Below, piece by piece: positions 54,949 through 64,000 of a stretch of DNA of 64,000 bases; positions within the stretch are counted from its first letter, which is position 1; each line of letters begins with the position of its first letter. The notes under the pieces were generated by a model. It did no database searches. It worked only from the letters and a program-made list of their open reading frames with translations, and was not told where the DNA came from. Both the position numbers and the translations under genes were made by a program. Location: positions 33,602-97,601 of the forward strand of contig CACOWI010000005.1 in NCBI GenBank assembly GCA_902630885.1, given 5' to 3'. The stretch comes from an uncultured SAR86 cluster bacterium. GTDB taxonomy: Bacteria > Pseudomonadota > Gammaproteobacteria > Magnimaribacterales > D2472.

Positions 54949-54962
54949 ACACTATATAGTGT
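54949..54962. promoter_or_regulatory. Perfect 14-bp palindrome ACACTATATAGTGT, a possible operator
   Basis: Self-complementary as read. Ends 6 nt before the scpA ATG (54969). Confidence 0.3.
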
Positions 54963-54968
54963 TTAAAT

Positions 54969-55763
54969 ATGCAAAATTATAATCTTGCGCAGCTTGAAAT
55001 TCCTGTTGTGATGGGAAATCACATGGAACAGTTGCCTGATGATCTTTTTATTCCTCCAAATGCCTTAGAGATTTTCCTAGAAACATTTTCTGGACCGTTA
55101 GACCTTCTTTTATATTTAATAAGAAAGGATGATATTGATATTCTTGATCTAGATATATCAAAGATAACTGATCAATATTTAGAGTATATCGAACTGATGG
55201 ACTCTTTAAAATTTGAATTAGCAGCTGATTATCTAGTTATGGCAGCAACTCTTGCTGAAATAAAATCAAGATTAATGTTGCCAAAAGAATCTTTTGAAGA
55301 TGAGGAAGAGGATCCTAGAGCAGCTCTTATCAAAAGGCTGCAAGAGTATAAAAGATTTAAGACGGTATCTGAAAAAATCGCAGTTTTACCAAGAGTTGAT
55401 AGAGATTTTTTTATAGCAAGTGCAAAAGTTCCTAAATTTCAAGAATCTATTAAAGAAGAATCTGAGATAAATATTGAGGATCTATATAACTCCTTAGTAG
55501 CTGTATTAAATAGACCAAATTACAAAAACAGCCATTTAATAGATTTTGAGGAGTTATCAACTAAAGAGAGAATTCAAATACTTTTAGATATATTAAATAA
55601 AACAAATATTATAAGTTTTTCAAAAACACTCAAAAGGCTCGAAGGTAAAAAGGGAGTAGTAGTGACTCTTCTGGCATCATTGGAGCTTGCAAAAGATGGC
55701 TACATTGAATTAATTCAAAATAAAAGCGAAGAATTATATATAAAATCCGTGAGGAGCATCTAA
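54969..55763 (+). CDS. scpA: Segregation and condensation protein A
   Basis: FSGPLDLLLYLIRKDDIDILDLDISKITDQYLEYI and AADYLVMAATLAEIKSRLMLP signatures. Followed by scpB. Confidence 0.85.
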   Translation: MQNYNLAQLEIPVVMGNHMEQLPDDLFIPPNALEIFLETFSGPLDLLLYLIRKDDIDILDLDISKITDQYLEYIELMDSLKFELAADYLVMAATLAEIKSRLMLPKESFEDEEEDPRAALIKRLQEYKRFKTVSEKIAVLPRVDRDFFIASAKVPKFQESIKEESEINIEDLYNSLVAVLNRPNYKNSHLIDFEELSTKERIQILLDILNKTNIISFSKTLKRLEGKKGVVVTLLASLELAKDGYIELIQNKSEELYIKSVRSI

Positions 55764-55764
55764 A

Positions 55765-56322
55765 TTGGAACAAAAAGTTATTAATCATGTTGAAGCTCTT
55801 CTCTTTGGTTCTGGAAGACCTATGAGACTTTCTGAAATAAAAAGCATACTTGAAAATACCGGATTAATTGTTGAGCTTAGTGAAGTTAAACGATCAATTA
55901 ATCATCTAGAATTGAGATACGAGGGAACATCCCTTGAAGTTAATGAGGTTGCATCAGGTTATAGACTTCAAATAAAAGATGATCACAGTCAGAGCTTAAG
56001 CTCACTTTGGAATGAGAAAGCCCCTAGAGTTTCAAAAGCGTTAATGGAAACAATTTCAATAATTGCATATAAACAACCAGTAACAAGGGGAGATATCGAA
56101 GATATTAGAGGGATTACAGTTAGCACAAGAATTATAAGGTCTTTATTGGAAAGAAATTGGATAAAAGTATCTGGCTACAGAGATGTTCCTGGAAGACCGG
56201 CTTTATATGTGACAACAAAAGATTTCTTAAATGATTTAAACCTTAAAAGTATTTCTGAATTACCAGAATTACCTGAAATTGAAGAAAACCAAGAGAAAGA
56301 CCTACTGCCTCAAGCCATATAA
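55765..56322 (+). CDS. scpB: Segregation and condensation protein B
   Basis: TTG start 1 nt after the scpA stop. EALLFGSGRPM, ETISIIAYKQPVTRGDIEDIRG and GRPALYVTTKDFL. Confidence 0.85.
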   Translation: MEQKVINHVEALLFGSGRPMRLSEIKSILENTGLIVELSEVKRSINHLELRYEGTSLEVNEVASGYRLQIKDDHSQSLSSLWNEKAPRVSKALMETISIIAYKQPVTRGDIEDIRGITVSTRIIRSLLERNWIKVSGYRDVPGRPALYVTTKDFLNDLNLKSISELPELPEIEENQEKDLLPQAI

Positions 56323-56329
56323 TTAATTA

Positions 56330-57055
56330 ATGGCAGAGAGACTTCAAAAATTTCTTGCAAAATCTGGAATCGGATCAAGAAGGTACTGTGAGGAATTAAT
56401 AAAATCTAAAAAAATTAAAGTAAATGGTCACGTTGCGCTCATAGGTGCCACAGTAGATAAAAATGATTTAGTTGAATATGATGGCAACGTTGTTTCTTTT
56501 ATAGATTCAGAGACCAAATTACTAATGTTAAATAAACCTGAGGGTGTCCTATCTTCAAATAAAAAAGAAAAAAATTTACCAATAGTTTTTGATTTTCTAC
56601 CTGAAGATAAATCAAAAACAAGATGGATTTCAATTGGGAGATTAGATATTAATTCGTCGGGTTTAATGCTTTTTACAAATGATGGAACTTTTGCTAATTA
56701 CTGTATGCATCCCTCATCGATGATTGATAGAGAATATTTGGTCAGGGCAAGAGGGGATTTCACAAAAGAAAAGAAAGAAAAAATGTTATCAGGAATAAAA
56801 ATTGATGGCGATATTTATAAATTTACAGATATTGTTGAAGGAGAAAAACAATCTTCAAACCAATGGTTTTCTGTTTGTCTTATGTCTGGAAAAAACAGAG
56901 AAGTAAGAAAAATATTTGAAGCCGTTGGACTTGAAATTAGTAGACTGAAAAGAACAAGATTTGGACCTATTTTTTTACCTTCATCACTTAAGAAAGGAGG
57001 GTATATAGAATTATCCACAAAAGAAATTGATTCAATCAAAAACTATGGAATATAA
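56330..57055 (+). CDS. rluB: 23S rRNA pseudouridine synthase RluB (RsuA/RluB family)
   Basis: S4 domain ERLQKFLAKSGIGSRR, catalytic GRLDINSSGLMLFTNDG and REYLVRARG. Conserved scpAB-rluB order. Confidence 0.8.
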   Translation: MAERLQKFLAKSGIGSRRYCEELIKSKKIKVNGHVALIGATVDKNDLVEYDGNVVSFIDSETKLLMLNKPEGVLSSNKKEKNLPIVFDFLPEDKSKTRWISIGRLDINSSGLMLFTNDGTFANYCMHPSSMIDREYLVRARGDFTKEKKEKMLSGIKIDGDIYKFTDIVEGEKQSSNQWFSVCLMSGKNREVRKIFEAVGLEISRLKRTRFGPIFLPSSLKKGGYIELSTKEIDSIKNYGI

Positions 57056-57656
57056 ACTCGCACACAAATTTTTATATGATAAAGCTGTTGAGAAAGGCTT
57101 TACAGAACTTGCAAAACATATTGAGAAGGTTGGTCCTCTAAAAATCACAGTATCTAAAATGGATTTTGTAAGTCATCTGTCAAAAATAATTATTGGTCAA
57201 CAGCTTTCTGTTCAATCAGCTGCCGCAATATGGAAAAGGACAGAAAAGATACTTAAAGAAAATAAATATAAAACGGAGAATATTAAACTTAATAAAAAGT
57301 TTAAAGATGCAGGTCTTTCAAGACAAAAGATTGAATACCTTAATGGAATTATTTTTAATAAAGATCTCTTAAATATCTCCAAAAATGAACTCAAAAGAAT
57401 GAATCCTTCTGAGTATTTTGATTTTTTGATCCAAATCAAAGGCATTGGACCATGGTCAATCGAAATGTCTAGAATATTTTTTATTGGTGATCCGGATGTT
57501 TTTTCTATTTTAGATTTAGGTTTAAAAAATGCTCATTTAAAGATGTTTAAAATTGAAAGTTACAATGAGCCCTTCTATGAGAACTTTAGACCTTTTAGGA
57601 GTTATTTGTGTCTTTTTTTATGGAGAATACTGGAAGATGATAATGTTACTATTTGA
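57045..57656 (+). CDS. DNA-3-methyladenine glycosylase II-like HhH-GPD glycosylase
   Basis: IIGQQLSVQSAAAIW and IKGIGPWSIEMSRIFFIGDPDVFSILDLGL (HhH plus catalytic Asp context). ATG 57045 is preferred over the track TTG 57027. Confidence 0.7.
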   Translation: MEYKLAHKFLYDKAVEKGFTELAKHIEKVGPLKITVSKMDFVSHLSKIIIGQQLSVQSAAAIWKRTEKILKENKYKTENIKLNKKFKDAGLSRQKIEYLNGIIFNKDLLNISKNELKRMNPSEYFDFLIQIKGIGPWSIEMSRIFFIGDPDVFSILDLGLKNAHLKMFKIESYNEPFYENFRPFRSYLCLFLWRILEDDNVTI

Positions 57657-58395
57657 ATTCATCAATTCCATATTCAATATAGAATTTATCTGAAGAAGAA
57701 CTCTGATCGGAAAGCATCCATAGATAGTAATCCATAAGCTCTTGCGCATCCTTTAAAATGCTTGGATTCTCAGCAGGGTATGCGATTGATCTCATTTTTG
57801 TTCTAGTAGCTTTTGGATCAAAGTTAAAAACTTTAACATCTGAGACTGATTCAACTTCATCAGCAATTATCTCAGATAAAGCATTCAGACCTGCTTTAGA
57901 TACAGAATAAGCACCCCAAAAAGCTTTACCTTTCTTACCAACGCTAGAAGAAGTGAATATTATTCTTGGATTCGATGCTTTTTTTAACAATGGTATTAAG
58001 TTTTTGGACAAGAGAAAAATACTTGTTAAATTTATTTTTAAAACTCTTTCCCAAGTTGTTAAATCATAACTTTCTATGTGCGACATCTTTTCAAGAATTG
58101 CAGCATTAAATATTACTGCGTCAATGCCTGAGTAATTTTCATTAATAATTTTATTTATCTCTGCAGCACTATCCTCGTTAAGCTTCTCTAAATCACATTT
58201 AAGTATGCATGGATCAGTATTGTATTTTTTAATAATCTCATCATAAAGATCATCTAGCTTTGACTCGTCTTTAGACAGCATGAGGATATTTGCTCCACAT
58301 TCACTTAGATATTTTGTAAGTGACTTGCCTATTCCGCTCGTCGCACCAGTAATCAGTATATTTTTGTTAATTAAAAAATCTTTTTTCATATTCAA
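57649..58395 (-). CDS. YciK-like short-chain dehydrogenase/reductase
   Basis: TGATSGIGK, NAA, S...YSVSK catalytic triad. Conserved position next to the HAD phosphatase and ubiG. Confidence 0.7.
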   Translation of the reverse strand: MNMKKDFLINKNILITGATSGIGKSLTKYLSECGANILMLSKDESKLDDLYDEIIKKYNTDPCILKCDLEKLNEDSAAEINKIINENYSGIDAVIFNAAILEKMSHIESYDLTTWERVLKINLTSIFLLSKNLIPLLKKASNPRIIFTSSSVGKKGKAFWGAYSVSKAGLNALSEIIADEVESVSDVKVFNFDPKATRTKMRSIAYPAENPSILKDAQELMDYYLWMLSDQSSSSDKFYIEYGIDEFK

Positions 58396-58398
58396 TTA

Positions 58399-59064
58399 TT
58401 AAATATTTAAATGCGAATAAATTTCTGAAATATCTTTTATGAATGGATAATTAAGCTTGTTGAGGGTATTTTCATCAAGAGAATATCCGTATACGCAGCC
58501 TAAAATTTTTACTCCTGCACTCAATCCAGCCTCTAAATCATTCAGATGATCGCCCAAATAAATTGTATTTAATGGATTGGTATTAAGTTTCTTACAGGCT
58601 AACAAGATGCCTTCAGGATCTGGTTTAGATATTTTTACATGATCAGGACAAATTAATACTTTAATATTTTTTAATTCTGAGAATGAATTGATTATAGGAT
58701 TGGCAAATTTAAAAAACTTGTTAGTAACGACTCCATATTTGATATTATTTTCGTCTAAAAAATTTACAAATGTTGTCATGCCATCAAAAAGCTTACAGTC
58801 TTTTGTCATATTCAAATTGTATTCATCTAGAAACTCAGACTTTAAAAGCTCAAATTCAGAATCATCTTCATTTATGTTAAAAAAATTTTTAATTAGTTTT
58901 GATGTTCCTTCAGAAATATGAGGTCGAATTTCAGATAAACTGACTTTATTCATATTGTATTTTTCCAGCATAACATTCAGCGAAGATTTAAAATCAGGGG
59001 CTGTATCAATTAAAGTCCCATCTAAATCGAACAAAATAAGCTCTGTTTTATGGTTTTCTTGCAT
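58399..59064 (-). CDS. HAD-IA phosphatase (phosphoglycolate phosphatase / MupP-like)
   Basis: Motif I LFDLDGTLIDT, motif II VVTNK, motif III-IV KPDPEG...GDHLNDLEAG. Confidence 0.7.
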   Translation of the reverse strand: MQENHKTELILFDLDGTLIDTAPDFKSSLNVMLEKYNMNKVSLSEIRPHISEGTSKLIKNFFNINEDDSEFELLKSEFLDEYNLNMTKDCKLFDGMTTFVNFLDENNIKYGVVTNKFFKFANPIINSFSELKNIKVLICPDHVKISKPDPEGILLACKKLNTNPLNTIYLGDHLNDLEAGLSAGVKILGCVYGYSLDENTLNKLNYPFIKDISEIYSHLNI

Positions 59065-59743
59065 ACATTAAGTAATTTACACCTAAGTCATTATTAAGAT
59101 TTGCCTTATGTGTTAGAGGATTGTAAAACATTCCTCTTGTTTCAATTAATTCAGCTTTAGCATCTCTAACATATTTAGCCAATGATGATGGTTTTATAAA
59201 TTTGTCAAATTCGTGAGTTCCCTTTGGTAGCAGCTTAAAAATATATTCAGCACCAACTATTGCAGTAATCCATGATCTTGGATTTTTATTTATTGTTGAA
59301 AGAAATAACAAACCGCCAGGTTTAAGCAATTGAACACATGTATTTACAAGTGACTTGGGATCCGGGACATGTTCAAGAACTTCTAAGCATGCAACAACAT
59401 CATAATATTCGCTATATTCTGTATTTAATTCCTCAGCAGTTTTTTCAAAGTATTTTATATCTTTATTATTTTCTTGAGCATGGATTTTCGCTACTTCGAT
59501 TCCAGGACCAGCAGCATCAATGCCTGTAACCTCTGCACCAAAGTCATATAAAGATTCACACAATAATCCTCCACCACATCCAACATCTAAAACTTTTTTA
59601 TTTTTAAGTTCGATTTTTTCTTTTATATAATCAGCTCTTAAAGGATTTATTACATGCAAAGGTTTGAAATCTCCATCTTTATTCCACCACTCTTCTGCAA
59701 TATCAGAGAACTTTTTAATTTCTTGTTGATCTATGTTAGTCAT
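59048..59743 (-). CDS. ubiG: Bifunctional 3-demethylubiquinol / 2-polyprenyl-6-hydroxyphenol O-methyltransferase
   Basis: EIKKFSDIAEEWWNKDGDFKPLHVINPLRADYI, VLDVGCGGGLL, LKPGGLLFLSTINKN. Confidence 0.9.
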   Translation of the reverse strand: MTNIDQQEIKKFSDIAEEWWNKDGDFKPLHVINPLRADYIKEKIELKNKKVLDVGCGGGLLCESLYDFGAEVTGIDAAGPGIEVAKIHAQENNKDIKYFEKTAEELNTEYSEYYDVVACLEVLEHVPDPKSLVNTCVQLLKPGGLLFLSTINKNPRSWITAIVGAEYIFKLLPKGTHEFDKFIKPSSLAKYVRDAKAELIETRGMFYNPLTHKANLNNDLGVNYLMYARKP

Positions 59744-59913
59744 CTACACATTTTAACTGTTAAAAATTTATTTAAGAACAAATAAAAATTTTAAATGTAG
59801 CATCACTACAAGAAAATACATCTATCAAATGCATAAAAATAAGATATTTGATTCAATTGACTTATTAGAACTGATAAGATTAACTTCACTACAAAACTAT
59901 TAATATACTTATT

Positions 59914-61035
59914 TTGATTATCACTGCACTAAAGTCTTCCGTTGATTCTGATTCTAGATCTCCCATACATATAGATACTATTGGTAATTTGTTAAATCTT
60001 GGAGTCGAAGTTTATTTTGAAGAAAATATTGGTGATGGCATTAACGTTAGCGATAAAATTTTTGAGCAAAGTGGATTAAAGAAATGCTCACGAGAAGAAT
60101 GCCTTAAAAATGGCGATCTGATAATAACAAATCAACCACTTGGCGATGAAGAGCTAAAATTAATCAAAAAAAATTCTACGCTGCTTGGAATGATTAATCC
60201 GTTCAGTAATCAAAATTTAATAGAAGCATGTTCTAACTTAAAAATTAATTTAGTAAGCATGGAATTTATTCCAAGAATTACAAGAGCTCAAAAGATGGAT
60301 GTTTTAAGTTCACAAGCTAATCTCGCTGGATACGTTGCAGTTATAGAATCCGCAAAACATTTATCCACAGCATTACCAATGATGATGACGGCAGCTGGCA
60401 CACTCAAACCGGCCAAAGTATTTGTAATAGGTGTCGGAGTTGCAGGCCTTCAAGCTATTGCAACAGCTAAGAGACTGGGAGCTAGAGTTGAAGCGTTTGA
60501 TACTAGAGACGTTGTCGAGGAGCAAGTAAATTCACTCGGAGCTAAGTTCGTTAAAATTGATTTAGGCGAAACTGGAGAAACTGATCAAGGATATGCTAAA
60601 GAGCTTTCTGAAGATCAAATAAAGAAACAAAAAGAGCTTCAGTCAAAAGTATGCGAAAGATCTGATATTGTAATAACGACAGCTCAGTTATTTGGTAGGC
60701 CAGCACCACTTTTAATTGATTACAATACAATAGATAGAATGACGCCTGGTAGTGTTATTTTTGATATGGCAGTTGAGTCAGGTGGCAATGTAGAGGGATC
60801 AGAAGTAGACAAGGTAGTTGAAAGAAATGGAGTTAAGATTATTGGTATATCAAACTTAGCTTCTAAAGTATCTAATCACGCCTCTTTAGCATTATCTAAT
60901 AATTACAATAATTGGATTTTAGATTTTTTTGATAAAGAAAATCTAAAAGTTAATTTTGACTTTGAAGATGAGATTATTTCAAACAGTGTTTTGGTTCATA
61001 ATGGTGAAATTAAAAATGAGAGGTTTAAGAAATAA
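59914..61035 (+). CDS. pntAA: NAD(P) transhydrogenase subunit alpha, part 1 (dI)
   Basis: TTG start. ISRAQKMDVLSSQANLAGY, VIGVGVAGLQAIATAKRLGA, ITTAQLFGRPAP. Colinear with the first ~370 aa of E. coli PntA. Confidence 0.9.
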   Translation: MIITALKSSVDSDSRSPIHIDTIGNLLNLGVEVYFEENIGDGINVSDKIFEQSGLKKCSREECLKNGDLIITNQPLGDEELKLIKKNSTLLGMINPFSNQNLIEACSNLKINLVSMEFIPRITRAQKMDVLSSQANLAGYVAVIESAKHLSTALPMMMTAAGTLKPAKVFVIGVGVAGLQAIATAKRLGARVEAFDTRDVVEEQVNSLGAKFVKIDLGETGETDQGYAKELSEDQIKKQKELQSKVCERSDIVITTAQLFGRPAPLLIDYNTIDRMTPGSVIFDMAVESGGNVEGSEVDKVVERNGVKIIGISNLASKVSNHASLALSNNYNNWILDFFDKENLKVNFDFEDEIISNSVLVHNGEIKNERFKK

Positions 61036-61307
61036 TGGAAATTTATATTCTTTTAGGATTTGTTCTCATACTATCAATTTATTTGGGATTGGAGCTTATC
61101 TCTAAAGTTCCAAGTACTCTTCATACACCCCTAATGTCAGGTGCTAATGCAATATCAGGAATTGCCTTAGTAGGTGCTTTAGTTCTTGGATCTGATACGC
61201 AGCTTCAACAAGCTTTAGCTTTCCTTGCAGTCATGTTTGCATCGATTAATGTTTTTGGCGGCTATCTTGTAACAAACAGAATGTTAAAAATGTTTAAGAA
61301 GAAATAA
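61035..61307 (+). CDS. pntAB: NAD(P) transhydrogenase subunit alpha, part 2 (membrane)
   Basis: 90 aa with HTPLMSGANAISGI..GAL and INVFGGYLVTNRMLKMFKKK, equivalent to the E. coli PntA C-terminus. TAATG overlap with pntAA. Confidence 0.85.
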   Translation: MEIYILLGFVLILSIYLGLELISKVPSTLHTPLMSGANAISGIALVGALVLGSDTQLQQALAFLAVMFASINVFGGYLVTNRMLKMFKKK

Positions 61308-61309
61308 TT

Positions 61310-62689
61310 ATGAGTTTTTTTGAAAATATATCTTCAATTCAAAATATTATTTACATATTTTCCTCGATACTATTTATATCAGGAATCAAGATGCTCGGAA
61401 AAGAGGATACCGCTGTAAGGGGTAACTTCTTATCTGCATTGGCAATGTTTATAGCTGTTTCTGTAACATTCATTAATGTAATAAATCCACTTTTAGTTTT
61501 GATTGGAATTACCATAGGCGCAATTATAGGCTCGCTTATTGCACTGAAAGTAAAAATGACCTCAATCCCGGAGATGGTAGCACTATTTAATGGATTTGGA
61601 GGTTTAGCAACATTCTTTATTGCATGGTCTGAATTTAACTCTATACCATCAAATAATTTTCAATATTTGTTAGTAATGATTACAACTTATATCGGAGGCG
61701 TCACATTTTCTGGTAGTGTTATTGCCTACGGTAAATTATCAGAGACACTCAAGGTCGAAAAGTCCTCAATAATTACTAAATTGTTTACAACGCTTTTCTA
61801 TATTTCAATTATTTATTTATTATATTCAATTGTTATAACAAAGATTTTCACACCAGGTTTTGACTTTTACACTATTTTATTGATTTTGACTTTACTTGGC
61901 GGTGTTGGATTTGTAATTCCAATTGGAGGTGGTGACATGCCAGTTGTCATCTCACTTTTAAACTCATTTTCTGGTATTGCCGCAGCTTTTGCAGGATTGT
62001 TGCTATTAAACAATGTTCTGATTGTTGCTGGATCCTTGGTTGGAGCCAGTGGTTTAATTTTAACTATCATTATGGCTAAGGCCATGAATCGTTCAATTGG
62101 TAATATTTTGTTCGTTGGTTATGCTTCGTCATCTTCTGTTTCAAAATCTGAAGAAACTGGTGAGGTCAAACCAATAAATGTGTCTGATGCATATTTAATA
62201 TTAGAGAATGCAAGTTCTGTTCTCGTAATTCCAGGATATGGTATGGCGGTTGCACAAGCTCAACATGTGGTTAGAGAGTTGGGAGAGCTCCTTGAAGCAA
62301 ATGGAACTGAAGTAAGGTATGGTATTCATCCAGTTGCAGGAAGAATGCCTGGTCACATGAATGTTTTGCTTGCGGAAGCAAATGTACCATATGATGTCTT
62401 AGTTGAACCAGAGGATGTAAATCCATCTATGGATACTGTTGATGTTGCTGTAGTAATTGGAGCAAATGACGTAGTAAATCCATCTGCAACAGAAGAACCA
62501 GGAAGTCCAATTTACGGAATGCCTATAATCGAGGTTCACAATGCAAGGACAGTTTTTGTTCTAAAAAGATCAATGTCATCTGGTTTTGCAGGTGTGCAAA
62601 ATCCTTTGTTTTTCAAAGAAAATACCAGAATGTTATTTGGTGACGCAAAGGAGTCAATTGGCGGCTTAGTTACTGAATTTAAAGAGTAA
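61310..62689 (+). CDS. pntB: NAD(P) transhydrogenase subunit beta
   Basis: 459 aa with N-terminal TM helices and a C-terminal dIII domain (PGYGMAVAQAQH, YGIHPVAGRMPGHMNVLLAEA, VIGANDVVNP). Confidence 0.9.
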   Translation: MSFFENISSIQNIIYIFSSILFISGIKMLGKEDTAVRGNFLSALAMFIAVSVTFINVINPLLVLIGITIGAIIGSLIALKVKMTSIPEMVALFNGFGGLATFFIAWSEFNSIPSNNFQYLLVMITTYIGGVTFSGSVIAYGKLSETLKVEKSSIITKLFTTLFYISIIYLLYSIVITKIFTPGFDFYTILLILTLLGGVGFVIPIGGGDMPVVISLLNSFSGIAAAFAGLLLLNNVLIVAGSLVGASGLILTIIMAKAMNRSIGNILFVGYASSSSVSKSEETGEVKPINVSDAYLILENASSVLVIPGYGMAVAQAQHVVRELGELLEANGTEVRYGIHPVAGRMPGHMNVLLAEANVPYDVLVEPEDVNPSMDTVDVAVVIGANDVVNPSATEEPGSPIYGMPIIEVHNARTVFVLKRSMSSGFAGVQNPLFFKENTRMLFGDAKESIGGLVTEFKE

Positions 62690-62716
62690 TTTCACTTATA
62701 AATATGTTAAAATATT

Positions 62717-62729
62717 ACCCTATTAGGGT
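62717..62729. promoter_or_regulatory. GC-cored palindrome ACCCTA-T-TAGGGT between pntB and gyrA
   Basis: 6-bp arms around a single central T. It is the only GC-rich element in this 82-bp AT-rich spacer. Function unknown (weak terminator stem or protein site). Confidence 0.2.
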
Positions 62730-62771
62730 TATAAAATTTGTGCATAAAACAAGTGTTTTCCGAGCTATAAA

Positions 62772-64000
62772 ATGAATGATTTCGCTAAAGAAATTATATC
62801 TGTAAATATTGAAGATGAACTTAAGCAATCTTACTTAAGTTATGCTTTAAGCGTTATTCATGGAAGGGCTCTTCCCGACATAAGAGATGGCTTAAAACCA
62901 GTCCATAGAAGAATTTTATACGCAATGTATGATCTTAAAAATTTCTATAATAGACCTTATAAAAAATCTGCAAGAGTTGTTGGAGATGTCATTGGAAAAT
63001 ATCATCCACATGGAGACTCTGCTGTTTACGATGCAATGGTCAGAATGGCTCAAGATTTTTCAATGAGATATCCGATAGTTGAGGGTCAAGGAAATTTTGG
63101 ATCAATTGATGGCGATCCTCCTGCCGCAATGCGTTATACAGAAGTAAGAATGTCTAAAATTACAGATCAAATGTTAGGTGATATAGAAAAGGAGACTGTT
63201 TCTTTTTCACCAAACTATGATGGTAGTGAAGATATTCCAGACGTCCTGCCAACAAAAATTCCAAATTTACTTGTAAACGGCTCTTCTGGAATTGCAGTTG
63301 GAATGGCAACAAATATTCCTCCACATAATTTAAACGAAGTTTTAAATGGATGTATCAATCTAATCAATAATCCAAAAATCTCAATTGATGAATTGATCAA
63401 GGACATTTCTGGTCCAGACTTTCCAACAGGCGGAACTATAGACGGAAAAGCTGGAATATATGAGGCCTATAAAACAGGCAGAGGAATAATTCATATTAGG
63501 TCTAATACCTCTATTGAAGAGGACAAATCTGGCAAACAAAGTTTAATCATAAATGAGATACCTTTTATGGTTAATAAAGCCAAGATGTTAGAAAAAATTG
63601 CTGAGTTAGTTAAGGAAAAGAAAATAGAGGGGATAACTGAAATTAGGGATGAGTCAGATAAGGATGGATTAAGAGTAGTAATTGAAGTAAGAAAAGGTGA
63701 TTCGGTTGATGTTCTAGAAAATAACCTTTTTGCTCAAACTCAACTTGAACAATCTTTTGGAATTAACTTCACTGTTCTATCAGAAGGCCAGCCAAAAGAA
63801 GTTAATTTGAAAGAAATGCTTCAAGCATTTGTTAAGCATAGAAAAGATATTATTACAAAAAGGACTAAGTATGATCTTCGAAAAGCTAAGGATAGGGGTC
63901 ATGTTGTTGAAGGCTTGATGGTTGCAATTGCAAATATCGATCAAATAATTTCAATAATCAAAAAATCAAAAGATCCAAAGATAGCTGCCAAAGAACTTTG
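62772..64000 (+). CDS. gyrA: DNA gyrase subunit A, N-terminal ~409 codons (continues past the window; absent from the ORF track because no stop is reached)
   Basis: ATG at 62772. [79 protein letters not shown], active-site context [10 protein letters not shown], and [22 protein letters not shown]. Confidence 0.95.
   Translation, partial: MNDFAKEIISVNIEDELKQSYLSYALSVIHGRALPDIRDGLKPVHRRILYAMYDLKNFYNRPYKKSARVVGDVIGKYHPHGDSAVYDAMVRMAQDFSMRYPIVEGQGNFGSIDGDPPAAMRYTEVRMSKITDQMLGDIEKETVSFSPNYDGSEDIPDVLPTKIPNLLVNGSSGIAVGMATNIPPHNLNEVLNGCINLINNPKISIDELIKDISGPDFPTGGTIDGKAGIYEAYKTGRGIIHIRSNTSIEEDKSGKQSLIINEIPFMVNKAKMLEKIAELVKEKKIEGITEIRDESDKDGLRVVIEVRKGDSVDVLENNLFAQTQLEQSFGINFTVLSEGQPKEVNLKEMLQAFVKHRKDIITKRTKYDLRKAKDRGHVVEGLMVAIANIDQIISIIKKSKDPKIAAKEL

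Noticed and set aside
59804-59894. Repeated octamer CACTACAA (59804..59811 and 59887..59894) and an imperfect inverted repeat CTACACATTTTAA / TTTTAAATGTAG in the ubiG/pntAA spacer
   Set aside because: These are short, AT-rich and imperfect, compatible with chance in a 170-bp AT-rich spacer. No supporting structure or conservation can be assessed here.

Overview
Gene-dense, visibly AT-rich chromosomal window with about 60 protein-coding genes. I found no rRNA, tRNA, CRISPR array or intact mobile element. Gene content and order match Pseudomonas-type gammaproteobacterial synteny blocks: mrcA / aroK-aroB-gltB-gltD-hemE; miaA-hflK-hflC-purA; glyA-nrdR-ribD-ribB-ribH-nusB; thiL-pgpA; xseB-ispA-dxs; scpA-scpB-rluB; yciK-HAD-ubiG; pntAA-AB-B; gyrA. 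The blocks are strongly compacted, with overlapping start/stop codons, convergent genes sharing their stop codons, and pilMNOPQ and hfq-hflX missing from their usual slots. This suggests a streamlined, probably marine (SAR86-like) gammaproteobacterium, but that is inference only. Two genes run off the window and are missing or truncated in the ORF track: katG (1..645, 5' end outside) and gyrA (62772..64000, 3' end outside). Most notable observations: (1) An orphan DnaT-like plus lambda-P-like gene pair (52399..53728) sits among core genes with no other phage genes, so it is a candidate domesticated replicative-helicase loading module. (2) gltD carries an 88-codon in-frame N-terminal extension that resembles an integrase Arm-type DNA-binding domain. 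It sits next to gltB, which appears inverted in place, and next to a tandem 9-bp direct repeat abutting a near-consensus gltB promoter. (3) An uncharacterised GT4 / methyltransferase / alpha-alpha-toroid / methyltransferase cluster lies beside lpxL-waaA. (4) miaA has no canonical start codon ahead of its P-loop. (5) A co-directional accessory-looking string (650..9903) contains orphan CobS/CobT, a di-iron ferritin-like protein, a BI-1-like protein, a secreted DUF305-beta-propeller fusion, a Staphylococcus-type (type II) pantothenate kinase homologue and a fatty-acid-hydroxylase-family protein. All family assignments come from motif recognition by eye; no database search was possible.
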